From a virus (Duplodnaviria > Caudoviricetes), in the IMG/VR virus record IMGVR_UViG_3300032330_001252, positions 18,432 through 82,431 of that record: 64,000 nt of DNA, one strand, 5' to 3'. The position numbers and the translations under genes are program-made. Shown here piece by piece: positions 19,435 through 28,994 of the stretch; positions within the stretch are counted from its first letter, which is position 1, and each line of letters starts with the position of its first letter. The notes under the pieces were generated by a model. The model was not told the origin of the DNA and did no database searches. It saw only the letters and a program-made list of their open reading frames with translations.

Positions 19435-22400
19435 GTTACATAGGAAATAGTCCAGGAGTAGCGTCACAACGTGTAACGACTACCTTAACGGCAACAGCTG
19501 GGCAAACTCAGTTTACTACCCAGTCAGGTTATGTTTTAGGTTACGTAGACGTATACTTAAACGGTGCTAAATTAGTAAATGGTTCGGACTTTGAAGCTAT
19601 CACAGGTACTTATATCACCCTATTTGCCGGGGCTGCGGTTAATGATGTCATTGAATTGGTTAGCTATGTTCCACGCGGGTTATCGGATGGATACACCAAA
19701 GCCGAAGCAGATGCCAAGTTTCTTGACGTTGGTGGTGATACTGCTAGTGGAACAATTAATCTAGGTACTAACGGACTAACAGTTGGCACTAATCAATTAG
19801 TTGCTAACGGCGGTTTTGTTGGTATTGGTACAGCTAGTCCAACAAACAAATTAACAATTCAAGCCGATGCTACTGGTGTATCGTTTGCTGATAATGCAAT
19901 AGCACAGCTTTTAATTGAAGGTTTAACCGATTATACAAAACGCCTTGGTTTGGGTATTGACACAACAAACAATGTTGGCGTTATCCAAGCACAAAAATAT
20001 GGAACAGGTAATTATCCATTAGCAATTAATCCCGCAGGTGGTAATGTTGGTATTGGTACAACTAGCCCTAGTTCAGCATTATATGTAAGACGCACTAGTG
20101 GTAATTCAGGAATTTATACTGACTATAATGGTACTAACATTGGTCGTATTGAAGCTGCCTCAAATGGCAATTTATATATTGGTATTACAACTGGTAATGG
20201 CGATATTGCTATCGGCAACACTGCAAATACTTCTGTAATTAATATTCTATCCTCTGGCAATGTAGGTGTTGGTACAGCCAGTCCAAGCGGTAAATTTCAC
20301 GTATCACAAACTTCTGGAAGCATGTACATAAACGTTGCTGGCGGTATTCCAAGAATGTATCTTGGTGGTGGCAACGGCTGGGGTTTCAACCGAATTACTG
20401 CAACCGAAGATATTTTCTTTGGTGAGCCAGGCGACACAGGAACTTGGAGAGTTCGTGGGTCGGGAACAATTTCCCTAGGTGTAGGTAACACTGCTACATC
20501 AATGACCATTGTTGGTGATGGCGGTAACGTTGGTATTGGTACTTCATCACCAGCTTACCCTCTTGATATTTTAAAAACGCAAGACGGAAGTACCATAGTT
20601 CAAGTAACTAATGCTTCTACAGGTACATCAGCCAGAACCAGACTACTATTTACAGGCGATGCATCAGCAGGCAGTTTAAGTGCTGGTATGCACAACAGCG
20701 CACATGCCAGCTATCCAAATCAAGCATGGATCTGGGCTAGTGGTTCAACAACTCCACTTGTATTAGGTACGCAAGGTACTCCAAGATTAACTATTGATAG
20801 TTCGGGTAGTGTAGGCGTTGGATTAACTCCAAGTTCACAGTTTAGTGCGGGTAAAGCTATTGAAGTAGGCTCAGCGGGTAATGCTTTCTGGTCTAATGGT
20901 GCAAATGACGTTAGAATGTCTGCAAACGTAAAATACAATTTACATGCAGCAACAGGTTACGCTAGTACATATGTACAAAGTGCTGGCGTACATACATGGA
21001 ACACTTCTCCTTCTCAAGCAGCAGGTACTGCGGTAGCTTGGAATACCGGAATGACATTAAGTGCATCTGGTTACCTTGGTATTGGTACTGCTAGTCCAGC
21101 AGGCTATTTACACTCAGAAGGTAGTGCAGCAATAAATGCACTATTACGTAACCCATTAGCTAGTGGGTATACTACTTTACGTTTATATAATGATATAAAT
21201 AGTGCATATCGCGCTCTTGAAATTGACTATAATGGCTCTACCTACCCTGGAGGAGAGCTGGCTTGGATTGGCACTACGGGTGCATATCCAGTAGTTCTTG
21301 CTACAAATAATACCGAACGTATTCGTATTAATGGTTCAGGTTATTTTGGTATTGGAACTTCTAATCCAATAACATTACTACACGCTAAAGCTACTTCTGC
21401 GGCAGATGTTACCTATAGACTTGAACCTTATACCAATGCTTATGCAAGTAAACTACTTATTAGTTCACAATCTTCAGGTGATGGTGGTATTCAGTATGGT
21501 GCAGGCGGTGGTAATGATTTAAATGTTTTTGCATATGGAAATATAACATTTTTAAACGGTACAGGTTCAATTAGTGGTGGTATTGGCACAGAACGTGTGC
21601 GTATTGACTCCAGTGGTAACGTTGGTATTAATACTACTAGTCCATTAACTGGTGGTGGTGGTGCTCGTTGGTTAACTATTGCTGGTAATACTGGAAATAG
21701 TTATAGTGGAGGTATTGCATTTAGTATTGGTACTACTAATCAGTGCTGGGTATATCAAGACACTGATAACTACTTTTCAAATCAAGGTGCTGGTTCAAAC
21801 GCAGGATTTAAGTGGGGATTTGGTGCCACTGACTATATGCGTTTAAATAGTACTGGCTTGGGTGTTGGTACATCAAGTCCAAGCGCTAAACTTGAGGTTA
21901 GAGGTGCTACTAGTGATAATATTATAGCTGCTAATGCTATTTTTAAAGCTACTGGTTCTGGTGGTGACGGTATTGCAATAGGTGCAACAAATTCTTCACC
22001 TTGGGCCAATTGGATTCAATCTGGCTATTTAGGTAATGGATATAGCCCAGCATTTAATAGTGGGTATCAGTTATCCCTAAACCCAGTAGGCGGTATTGTT
22101 ACTGTAGGTACTACTAGTACTGGTGATGGCGGTAGTAAATTGGTTGTTAATGGAGCTGCAACATTTGGAATTCCAGGACGTTTTGTTCATGCCTGGTGGC
22201 AAGGAGTCTCTCAGGGTACTACCTATCTACATATTCGTACTAGTATGTGGGGTGGTGGCGCTACTTATGGTAACCGTGATTATATAATGGGTGGTTTCCG
22301 TATTATGGGATATCAGTATACTACTCCAGGCAACTGTGACCAATGGATTCAATTCCATAATTGGAGTGGAAGTACTAATAATGGGTACAACAAGTCAAAT

Positions 22401-22580
22401 GCTGGAAATTGGGATGCTGACAACTATGCGTATGTAGATTCTACTGGATATGTTACTTTAAGATTAGCAACTCCAAGTAATTATACTGCATATACTGTTG
22501 ATTTACATCAAACTGCTATATATGCTGTAAGAACTATAACCGTAACTGCTGTAATAGCATCTAATAGTACTACAATTTAA
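19431..22580 (+). CDS. Long tail fibre / receptor-binding protein 2
   Basis: MSYIGNSP start; ATAGQTQF...VDVYLNGAKL domain; about nine GxVGIGT-type repeats. Confidence 0.85.
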   Translation: MSYIGNSPGVASQRVTTTLTATAGQTQFTTQSGYVLGYVDVYLNGAKLVNGSDFEAITGTYITLFAGAAVNDVIELVSYVPRGLSDGYTKAEADAKFLDVGGDTASGTINLGTNGLTVGTNQLVANGGFVGIGTASPTNKLTIQADATGVSFADNAIAQLLIEGLTDYTKRLGLGIDTTNNVGVIQAQKYGTGNYPLAINPAGGNVGIGTTSPSSALYVRRTSGNSGIYTDYNGTNIGRIEAASNGNLYIGITTGNGDIAIGNTANTSVINILSSGNVGVGTASPSGKFHVSQTSGSMYINVAGGIPRMYLGGGNGWGFNRITATEDIFFGEPGDTGTWRVRGSGTISLGVGNTATSMTIVGDGGNVGIGTSSPAYPLDILKTQDGSTIVQVTNASTGTSARTRLLFTGDASAGSLSAGMHNSAHASYPNQAWIWASGSTTPLVLGTQGTPRLTIDSSGSVGVGLTPSSQFSAGKAIEVGSAGNAFWSNGANDVRMSANVKYNLHAATGYASTYVQSAGVHTWNTSPSQAAGTAVAWNTGMTLSASGYLGIGTASPAGYLHSEGSAAINALLRNPLASGYTTLRLYNDINSAYRALEIDYNGSTYPGGELAWIGTTGAYPVVLATNNTERIRINGSGYFGIGTSNPITLLHAKATSAADVTYRLEPYTNAYASKLLISSQSSGDGGIQYGAGGGNDLNVFAYGNITFLNGTGSISGGIGTERVRIDSSGNVGINTTSPLTGGGGARWLTIAGNTGNSYSGGIAFSIGTTNQCWVYQDTDNYFSNQGAGSNAGFKWGFGATDYMRLNSTGLGVGTSSPSAKLEVRGATSDNIIAANAIFKATGSGGDGIAIGATNSSPWANWIQSGYLGNGYSPAFNSGYQLSLNPVGGIVTVGTTSTGDGGSKLVVNGAATFGIPGRFVHAWWQGVSQGTTYLHIRTSMWGGGATYGNRDYIMGGFRIMGYQYTTPGNCDQWIQFHNWSGSTNNGYNKSNAGNWDADNYAYVDSTGYVTLRLATPSNYTAYTVDLHQTAIYAVRTITVTAVIASNSTTI

Positions 22581-22589
22581 GGAAACAAA

Positions 22590-22754
22590 ATGATAAAAAA
22601 TGAAGCAATTCAAAAAATAAATGAAACTATGTTTCCTGCGGCCAAAAACGGTGATGATGTGCTATTTGAAGGTTACTGGTTTTTAATGACAAATGACAAG
22701 TGGGCTATAGATGATTCTAAAGCCCATCCTGCCGAGGAGGTAGCCGATGAGTAA
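22590..22754 (+). CDS. Small hypothetical protein, 54 aa (not in the ORF track)
   Basis: AAGGAA RBS; MIKNEAIQKINETMFPAAKNGDDVLFEGYWFLM...EEVADE*; fills the gap between fibres 2 and 3. Confidence 0.6.
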   Translation: MIKNEAIQKINETMFPAAKNGDDVLFEGYWFLMTNDKWAIDDSKAHPAEEVADE

Positions 22755-25700
22755 AGCCCTAGAATTAGCCAAATTCGGTCGTGAGAGTGCTCCCACCGGT
22801 GCGGTTATTGGTGATACAGACACACAAACACTAAGCGCCAAGACTTTTTCAGATAGTCCGATTTTTAGTTCAGGAACTGCCAATGGTGTTCCTTACCTAA
22901 ATGGCAGCAAAGTATTTACAACTGGTTCCGCACTAGTATTTGACGGCACTAACTTGGGCGTTGGAGTTGCCAGTCCAACAGCCAAACTACATGTTGGTGT
23001 AGTTGGCGATAACGAAACTGTTATCGCACGTTTTGGTACAACCAGTACAGGTAGTGTTCTTTCATCACTGAAAATATTATCAGACCCTAGTACAAGTACT
23101 GTTAAATTTGATGCCACAGGTGCAGTTGGAAATAATATAACATTTTTAACTGGTGGCACAGAACGTGTACGTTTTGATAATAATGGTCAGGTTGCAGTGG
23201 GCAGTTCACCAAATGCAGGCTGGGTAGGCACTAAATCTATTATGTTAGGTCAAAGTGCCAGTTTTTATGGTGATGGTCAAACATACAACTGGCCAGCAGG
23301 TATTGCAACTAATGCGTATCGTACAAACGCTACAACTTGGAAATATCAAGCACCTACTGCAAGTTTATTAGCTAGCTGGAGATATGAACAAGGTAATGTT
23401 GTTGATGGTTGGGGTTGGTTTTATGCTGCCACAGGAGCAATAGATACTACTATTAGCTATAGTCAATTAATGAAATTGACCAGTAGTGGTAACTTTGGCG
23501 TTGGCATAGACCCAAGCTATAAGTTGCATGTAAATGGTGATGCATATATAGTTGGTAATACGTATGTACCAGGTAAACTAATACAAAGTAGTTTAACTAG
23601 TTATCCTCAACAGTCAATAAGTTTAAGCGTAGGTACAGCTACTTGGGTTAAAATGTTTACCATTACAAGTCCAGGTGGTTGTCGAGTTAGATATAATGCT
23701 GGAAGTAATAATTCTGAAGAACAAGGTGAATTTACTGTAAAAGGTACCTATGTAGCTTCTGGCACTCAGTTAACTTGGACTCGTCAAACTTACTACCATA
23801 ATATAACAGAAATTCGTGTTACTGGTAGTAATAGTACTCCATATACTGTGTGGGCATTAGTAAGAACCACAGAATTTGTTCCAAGTTTTAACTGGCAAGT
23901 TATTGAAGCATTAAATTCAGTAACCCTATACAATACCACAGGAGAAACACCCGGTACAGCTGTAGCAAGTATTAATAGTCCTGGTTATAATAGTACTAAT
24001 TTTACAGGCGATAGTATTGTTAACGGTAACCAAGGTATTGGCACTTATACTCCGTATAAAAAGTCACATATAGTTGGTGGTGCTTTAGCCATTGACTCAA
24101 GTTCAGCAACAGCTAGTGGCGTTTCCGATGCTGGTCAAACAAATAATTTATTATATTTAAGAACACCTTATTCTAGTAACGCTGGATCTGTTACCAATAA
24201 TGGTATGAAATGGGGTATAAGATTTGTAGGCAGAGCAGGTGATAATGTTTGGGGCGAAGGTAAGGCTGCTTCTATTTATGCTGTAAGTGAAGAAGATACT
24301 GGTGCTGGATATAACCGAAAAGTTGGTTTAAGTTTTTGGACTTCTGGATTTGATCTTGATCAAGCAGAACGTTTGCGTATTGATAATAATGGTCGCGTAA
24401 TCATTAATCCAACACAAGCTACCAATTATACAGCAATGCTTGATATTTATGGTGGTGGTGGTGCTACAGCATTGGGCGCTATTCGTATTGGTGACGGTAA
24501 TTATGCTAGTGGACATACCAACTACTGGGATATTGGTCGAGATAATAACGTTTCAGGTGATTTTACTTTTGCACTAAATACTAGTGAAAAGATGCGTATT
24601 AAAACTAATGGTAAAGTTGGTATTGGTACAACTGATCCACAGGAAATATTACATGTTCAAGGTAAAATGCGTTTATTTGATGGTGGATATCCCTATATTG
24701 ACCTAGGTATTAGTACAAGTAATTATTGGAGAATCATCAATGATAATCCAAATGATGTACTAAAAATAGGTAAAAACGGTGCAGCATCATTTATGATTGA
24801 TGCTACTGGTAACTCCTATGTTAATAGCTCAAATCCATCGACTGGTATTAATTTATATATTCGAAATACCACTGATACTGGTGGCGATAATACTCGTTAT
24901 GCTGGTATTCAGTTTCAAATTGGTAGTGATTTAGGTACTGCTGCAATTCAAGCATATAGAACTGCCAGTGCAAGCGATTATTCAACAGCCCTAGTATTTT
25001 TAACTAAAGGAACTGGAGCCCCAGCTACAAATCCTGTAGAACGTATGCGTTTAAATAGTTTAGGCTATTTAGGTATTGGTACTAATAATCCTGTAAGTGC
25101 GTTGCACGTTGTAGGAGCTGTTAATAATACCTCTACTAGTGCTGGTGTACATGCAGGCTTATATGCTGGTACTTATGGTGCAGTTGAATTAGTATCACTT
25201 GCCGGTGGATCAAGTTGGATTGACTTTCATGATACTGCTGGTGATGATTATATTGAACGTATTCGCGGCGGTGATGGTGCATTAAAATTTTATACAAATA
25301 AAAATAATACTCCAAGTGTAACTATTAGTAGTAGTGGAGCTGTATCTTTAACTGGAACTATAACCAATTCGCAAGGCGGCGGTACTGGTAGTACAAGTAC
25401 TCACTATGCAGCAGCAACTATTTCACCTACTAGTGCAAGTAATGGTACAGCTATTTATGACATTTATTTACCAAATTATTTTACTGTAACTGATGCCATG
25501 GATTTAGAACTATATGTTCATTCAAATCCAAATGGCGGTGGTAGTGGAAGTTATCGTCAAACAAAACATATTACAGCACATTGTTTGACTCAGTGGCATG
25601 GATCAGGATATACCCCATTTTTAGAATGGGATAGCGTCAATGATTATATGGGTTTAGGTTTTGATTGTGTAATATTCTTTCAACCAAGCGGACAAGAGTT

Positions 25701-25848
25701 TACTACTCAAGTAACAAGTACAGCTGCAAATAATAGTAGTTATTTTTGGAGCACTCCTGGAGTTTATTTACGAGTTAAAGTAAGTGGATTTAACTCTAGT
25801 TACTCTGGTGTTCAATCACTTGGACTAATAGTAGGGCATAAATCATGA
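22747..25848 (+). CDS. Long tail fibre / receptor-binding protein 3
   Basis: MSKALELA start; DTQTLSAKT; GTANGVPYLNGSKV; repeated GxGIGT motifs. Confidence 0.85.
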   Translation: MSKALELAKFGRESAPTGAVIGDTDTQTLSAKTFSDSPIFSSGTANGVPYLNGSKVFTTGSALVFDGTNLGVGVASPTAKLHVGVVGDNETVIARFGTTSTGSVLSSLKILSDPSTSTVKFDATGAVGNNITFLTGGTERVRFDNNGQVAVGSSPNAGWVGTKSIMLGQSASFYGDGQTYNWPAGIATNAYRTNATTWKYQAPTASLLASWRYEQGNVVDGWGWFYAATGAIDTTISYSQLMKLTSSGNFGVGIDPSYKLHVNGDAYIVGNTYVPGKLIQSSLTSYPQQSISLSVGTATWVKMFTITSPGGCRVRYNAGSNNSEEQGEFTVKGTYVASGTQLTWTRQTYYHNITEIRVTGSNSTPYTVWALVRTTEFVPSFNWQVIEALNSVTLYNTTGETPGTAVASINSPGYNSTNFTGDSIVNGNQGIGTYTPYKKSHIVGGALAIDSSSATASGVSDAGQTNNLLYLRTPYSSNAGSVTNNGMKWGIRFVGRAGDNVWGEGKAASIYAVSEEDTGAGYNRKVGLSFWTSGFDLDQAERLRIDNNGRVIINPTQATNYTAMLDIYGGGGATALGAIRIGDGNYASGHTNYWDIGRDNNVSGDFTFALNTSEKMRIKTNGKVGIGTTDPQEILHVQGKMRLFDGGYPYIDLGISTSNYWRIINDNPNDVLKIGKNGAASFMIDATGNSYVNSSNPSTGINLYIRNTTDTGGDNTRYAGIQFQIGSDLGTAAIQAYRTASASDYSTALVFLTKGTGAPATNPVERMRLNSLGYLGIGTNNPVSALHVVGAVNNTSTSAGVHAGLYAGTYGAVELVSLAGGSSWIDFHDTAGDDYIERIRGGDGALKFYTNKNNTPSVTISSSGAVSLTGTITNSQGGGTGSTSTHYAAATISPTSASNGTAIYDIYLPNYFTVTDAMDLELYVHSNPNGGGSGSYRQTKHITAHCLTQWHGSGYTPFLEWDSVNDYMGLGFDCVIFFQPSGQEFTTQVTSTAANNSSYFWSTPGVYLRVKVSGFNSSYSGVQSLGLIVGHKS

Positions 25849-26174
25849 TTACAACAAAAATATATCAATTAACAACTTTTGACGTAGAAGATTTAACTAA
25901 CTGTGTACTTACAGTTAGTTGGTCTGTTACAGCACCTCTGGGCATTAACGGTCCAGATGGTGAACCAATGACAGAATCTATTTTTTATAAATCTACTTTG
26001 GATTTACCACAAAATAGCACAAGCTTTATTAACTACTCTGATTTAACAGAACAACAAGTTATCGCTTGGATTGAAACAAAGCCAGAGTATACCGAAACAA
26101 TTAAAAAACTTGAACTTAAAGTCAAGACTACTCAATCCCCTCCACAAGTTCAACCGTTGCCATGGGCACAATAA
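25845..26174 (+). CDS. Fibre-associated small protein/chaperone
   Basis: FINYSDLTEQQVIAWIE and C-terminal PLPW motif. Confidence 0.6.
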   Translation: MITTKIYQLTTFDVEDLTNCVLTVSWSVTAPLGINGPDGEPMTESIFYKSTLDLPQNSTSFINYSDLTEQQVIAWIETKPEYTETIKKLELKVKTTQSPPQVQPLPWAQ

Positions 26175-26189
26175 TAAGGAAATTCTAAA

Positions 26190-26501
26190 ATGGAATTCAA
26201 AATCGTACAACTAGAGCGCCAACTACCAAGCGGCGGAATTACAGTAGCACACTGGACTGTGTCAAAAACTGACGGGGACGTAACAGTCTCCAGTTATGGT
26301 GCACAAGGTTTTCAACCAGACCCTCAGGCAGAAGGATTTGTGGCATTTCCACAAGTAACTGAAGCACAAGTTATTGGTTGGATTCAGGACGCCATGGGCA
26401 CCGAAGGTGTTGCAAGCTTAGAAGCATCACTAGACGCTCAAATCGCACAAATCAAAACACCAAGCACTGCTACTGGCATGCCTTGGTTCGTAGCGGAGTA
26501 A
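26190..26501 (+). CDS. Fibre-associated small protein/chaperone (paralogue of the previous gene)
   Basis: FPQVTEAQVIGWIQ and C-terminal GMPW, matching 25845..26174. Confidence 0.6.
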   Translation: MEFKIVQLERQLPSGGITVAHWTVSKTDGDVTVSSYGAQGFQPDPQAEGFVAFPQVTEAQVIGWIQDAMGTEGVASLEASLDAQIAQIKTPSTATGMPWFVAE

Positions 26502-26508
26502 TTGACTA

Positions 26509-26925
26509 GTGTGGTTCTTTAACTTTATACCAGGAACGTTGTTTTATTTACTATTTTTAGCATCAGGAATAGGCTATGTAATTAGCCTATTTCTACCAGC
26601 TACAATCTTACAAAAACAAGTAAAAATTGCAAGCGTTGTGGCACTTGCAGTCTCCATCTACCTACTAGGTATGCTTTATGTAAACAACTGGTGGAAAGAT
26701 AAAGCAGCCCAGTTAGAACAACAAGTAGCTGAACTATCGGTCAAGAGTGCCCAAACTAATACTGTAATTGAGAAAAAGTTAGTTACCCGAACCGAAATAG
26801 TCAAGGTACGTGGTGATGACATTGTTAAATACGTTGACCGTGAAGTTACAAAATACAATGATGGTTGTGTGATTCCACAAGAATTTATTACAGCGCATAA
26901 TTTATCAGCGGAGCAACCCAAATGA
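26509..26925 (+). CDS. Inner-membrane spanin (Rz-like)
   Basis: GTG start; N-terminal TM helices, then coiled coil and TEIVKVRG...YVDREV...CVIP; directly upstream of a lipoprotein. Confidence 0.7.
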   Translation: MWFFNFIPGTLFYLLFLASGIGYVISLFLPATILQKQVKIASVVALAVSIYLLGMLYVNNWWKDKAAQLEQQVAELSVKSAQTNTVIEKKLVTRTEIVKVRGDDIVKYVDREVTKYNDGCVIPQEFITAHNLSAEQPK

Positions 26926-27191
26926 AAACTTTAGCAATCATACTAGCACTTGCTTTATCAGCCTGCTCCACAGTGGTTCCAGTCACAGCCAAGTTTCCTG
27001 AGCCTCCTGGATTACAAGCTCAGCAACGTTGCCCTCAATTGCAAAAACTTGGCGATAATGCACAATTAAGTGATGTTGCCAAAACCGTTACTGTTAACTA
27101 TACCGAGTACTATACTTGTGCAGTTAAAGTAGATGCTTGGACCGAATGGTATAGCAAGCAAAAAATCATTTTTGAAAGTTTGGGAAAATGA
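26922..27191 (+). CDS. Outer-membrane spanin lipoprotein (Rz1-like)
   Basis: Lipobox LALSAC followed by a Pro-rich segment with further Cys residues. Confidence 0.75.
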   Translation: MKTLAIILALALSACSTVVPVTAKFPEPPGLQAQQRCPQLQKLGDNAQLSDVAKTVTVNYTEYYTCAVKVDAWTEWYSKQKIIFESLGK

Positions 27192-27811
27192 ACATAACTT
27201 TAACGCAGTTACAACAACTGCTGCCCAAAAATCCTTATGTTGTTCAATGGCATCACGCTCTTGAACAGCTGCTTCCAGATTACGAAATCAATACTGCTCA
27301 GCGTATTGCAGCGTTTGTTGCACAGTGTGCACACGAGTCGGCAGGATTTACGGCACTCAAAGAAAATTTAAATTATCGTGCGGCTACTCTACGCAAGATT
27401 TTTCCAAAATACTTTCCAGATGATGCGATTGCCAACGACTACGCTAGTCGTCCCAACAAGCAGGCCGCAATTGCTAATAAGGTTTATGCTAATCGCATGG
27501 GCAATGGCCCTGAGGAAAGTGGAGATGGATACAGGTTTTGTGGCCGTGGATTAATTCAGCTTACAGGACGCGACAACTATTCGTGGTTTGCCGCCAGCCT
27601 GGGTATATCGGTAGAAGAAGCTTCAGAGTATCTTCAAACATTTGAAGGTGCTGCACAATCGGCTTGCTGGTTTTGGGAAACCAACAAACTCAACACTTGG
27701 GCTGATGCTGGGGATATTTTGACCTTGACAAAACGAATCAATGGTGGTACAATTGGTTTGGAAGATAGAAAAAAACATTACGAACACGCCCTACACGTTT
27801 TAGGAGCTTAA
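27188..27811 (+). CDS. Endolysin, glycoside hydrolase family 19
   Basis: QCAHESAGF, ENLNY, GDGYRFCGRGLIQLTGRDNY and TKRINGGTIGLEDR motifs. Confidence 0.92.
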   Translation: MNITLTQLQQLLPKNPYVVQWHHALEQLLPDYEINTAQRIAAFVAQCAHESAGFTALKENLNYRAATLRKIFPKYFPDDAIANDYASRPNKQAAIANKVYANRMGNGPEESGDGYRFCGRGLIQLTGRDNYSWFAASLGISVEEASEYLQTFEGAAQSACWFWETNKLNTWADAGDILTLTKRINGGTIGLEDRKKHYEHALHVLGA

Positions 27812-27812
27812 T

Positions 27813-28994
27813 ATGCTTAAAAGAGCTTTAGTAGTTTTATTACTAACCACGGGTACTTTAAACGCCCAAACTCTTATTAATCAAGGGACTTACGACTCTA
27901 AGTCCTTGGTTGATACCAATTCAACTAGTGTGTCGACTAGTACCGTTAACACAAATGCTAACAGTACATCGACTAGCACAAATACTAATAACACTAATGT
28001 TACTAGTACTTCAACTAACACAAACAACAATGTACAAAGTGGCACAGTTACTAACAATAACGTAAACACTGGTACAATGACTTATAATAACAACAATACT
28101 AGTACAGGTACACAGGTTAATACAAATAATAATGTTAATACTGGTACAATGACCTATAACAACGTCAACAGTGGTACGATGACAAATGTCAATCAGAACA
28201 CTAGCGCAGTTACAACAAACAATACTAATACAAATATTAATAGTGGCACAATGACCAATATTAATCAAAACACAAATACGTCGACGTCGGTTAATACAAA
28301 TAACAATATTAATTCAGGAACAATGACGTATAACAATAACAACGCAAATACGTCAACATCGACCAGCAATAATACAAATACTAACATTAATTCAGGAACA
28401 ATTACCAATAATAACAATAATGTTAATACTGGTACAATGACCAATAATAACAATAATGTTAATACTACAACTGCAAATACAACTAGTACTAACACTAATG
28501 CTAATAACAATGTTAACCAAAACGTAAATACTGGTGACATGACAAACCGCAATATTAATACTACTGAAATTACTCAACGAGTAATTCAACCTCCTCCAAC
28601 AGCAATCGCACCTACAATGATGAGTGGTGGAAATGCTGACTTATGTTCAACAGGTACTTCTGGTTCAGTACAAACACAGATTTTTGGTGTTAGTGGCGGC
28701 GGTACAGTACGAGATATGAACTGTGAGCGTTTAAAGTTATCAAAAACACTATACGATATGGGAATGAAAGTAGCAGCAGTTGCAACAATGTGTCAAGATC
28801 GTCGCGTATTTGATGCTATGCTAGCAGCAGGCACACCATGTCCTTATGAAGGCAAAATCGGTGAATCTGCAAAAGCTGCTTGGGAATCTAATCCAGACAA
28901 ACTACCAAAGCTTGATGAGGAGAAAATAGATGACACTTACAAGAAAGTTGGTTTCGGTGCTTTGCTTGGTGCTCTTGTTTTCAAAGTATTCTAA
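27813..28994 (+). CDS. Exported Asn/Thr-rich repeat protein with a Cys-containing C-terminal domain
   Basis: Signal peptide; nine [VI][NQ][ST]G[TD][MVI]T repeats; C-terminal DLC...NCERLK...MCQD...TPCP; hydrophobic tail. Confidence 0.75.
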   Translation: MLKRALVVLLLTTGTLNAQTLINQGTYDSKSLVDTNSTSVSTSTVNTNANSTSTSTNTNNTNVTSTSTNTNNNVQSGTVTNNNVNTGTMTYNNNNTSTGTQVNTNNNVNTGTMTYNNVNSGTMTNVNQNTSAVTTNNTNTNINSGTMTNINQNTNTSTSVNTNNNINSGTMTYNNNNANTSTSTSNNTNTNINSGTITNNNNNVNTGTMTNNNNNVNTTTANTTSTNTNANNNVNQNVNTGDMTNRNINTTEITQRVIQPPPTAIAPTMMSGGNADLCSTGTSGSVQTQIFGVSGGGTVRDMNCERLKLSKTLYDMGMKVAAVATMCQDRRVFDAMLAAGTPCPYEGKIGESAKAAWESNPDKLPKLDEEKIDDTYKKVGFGALLGALVFKVF

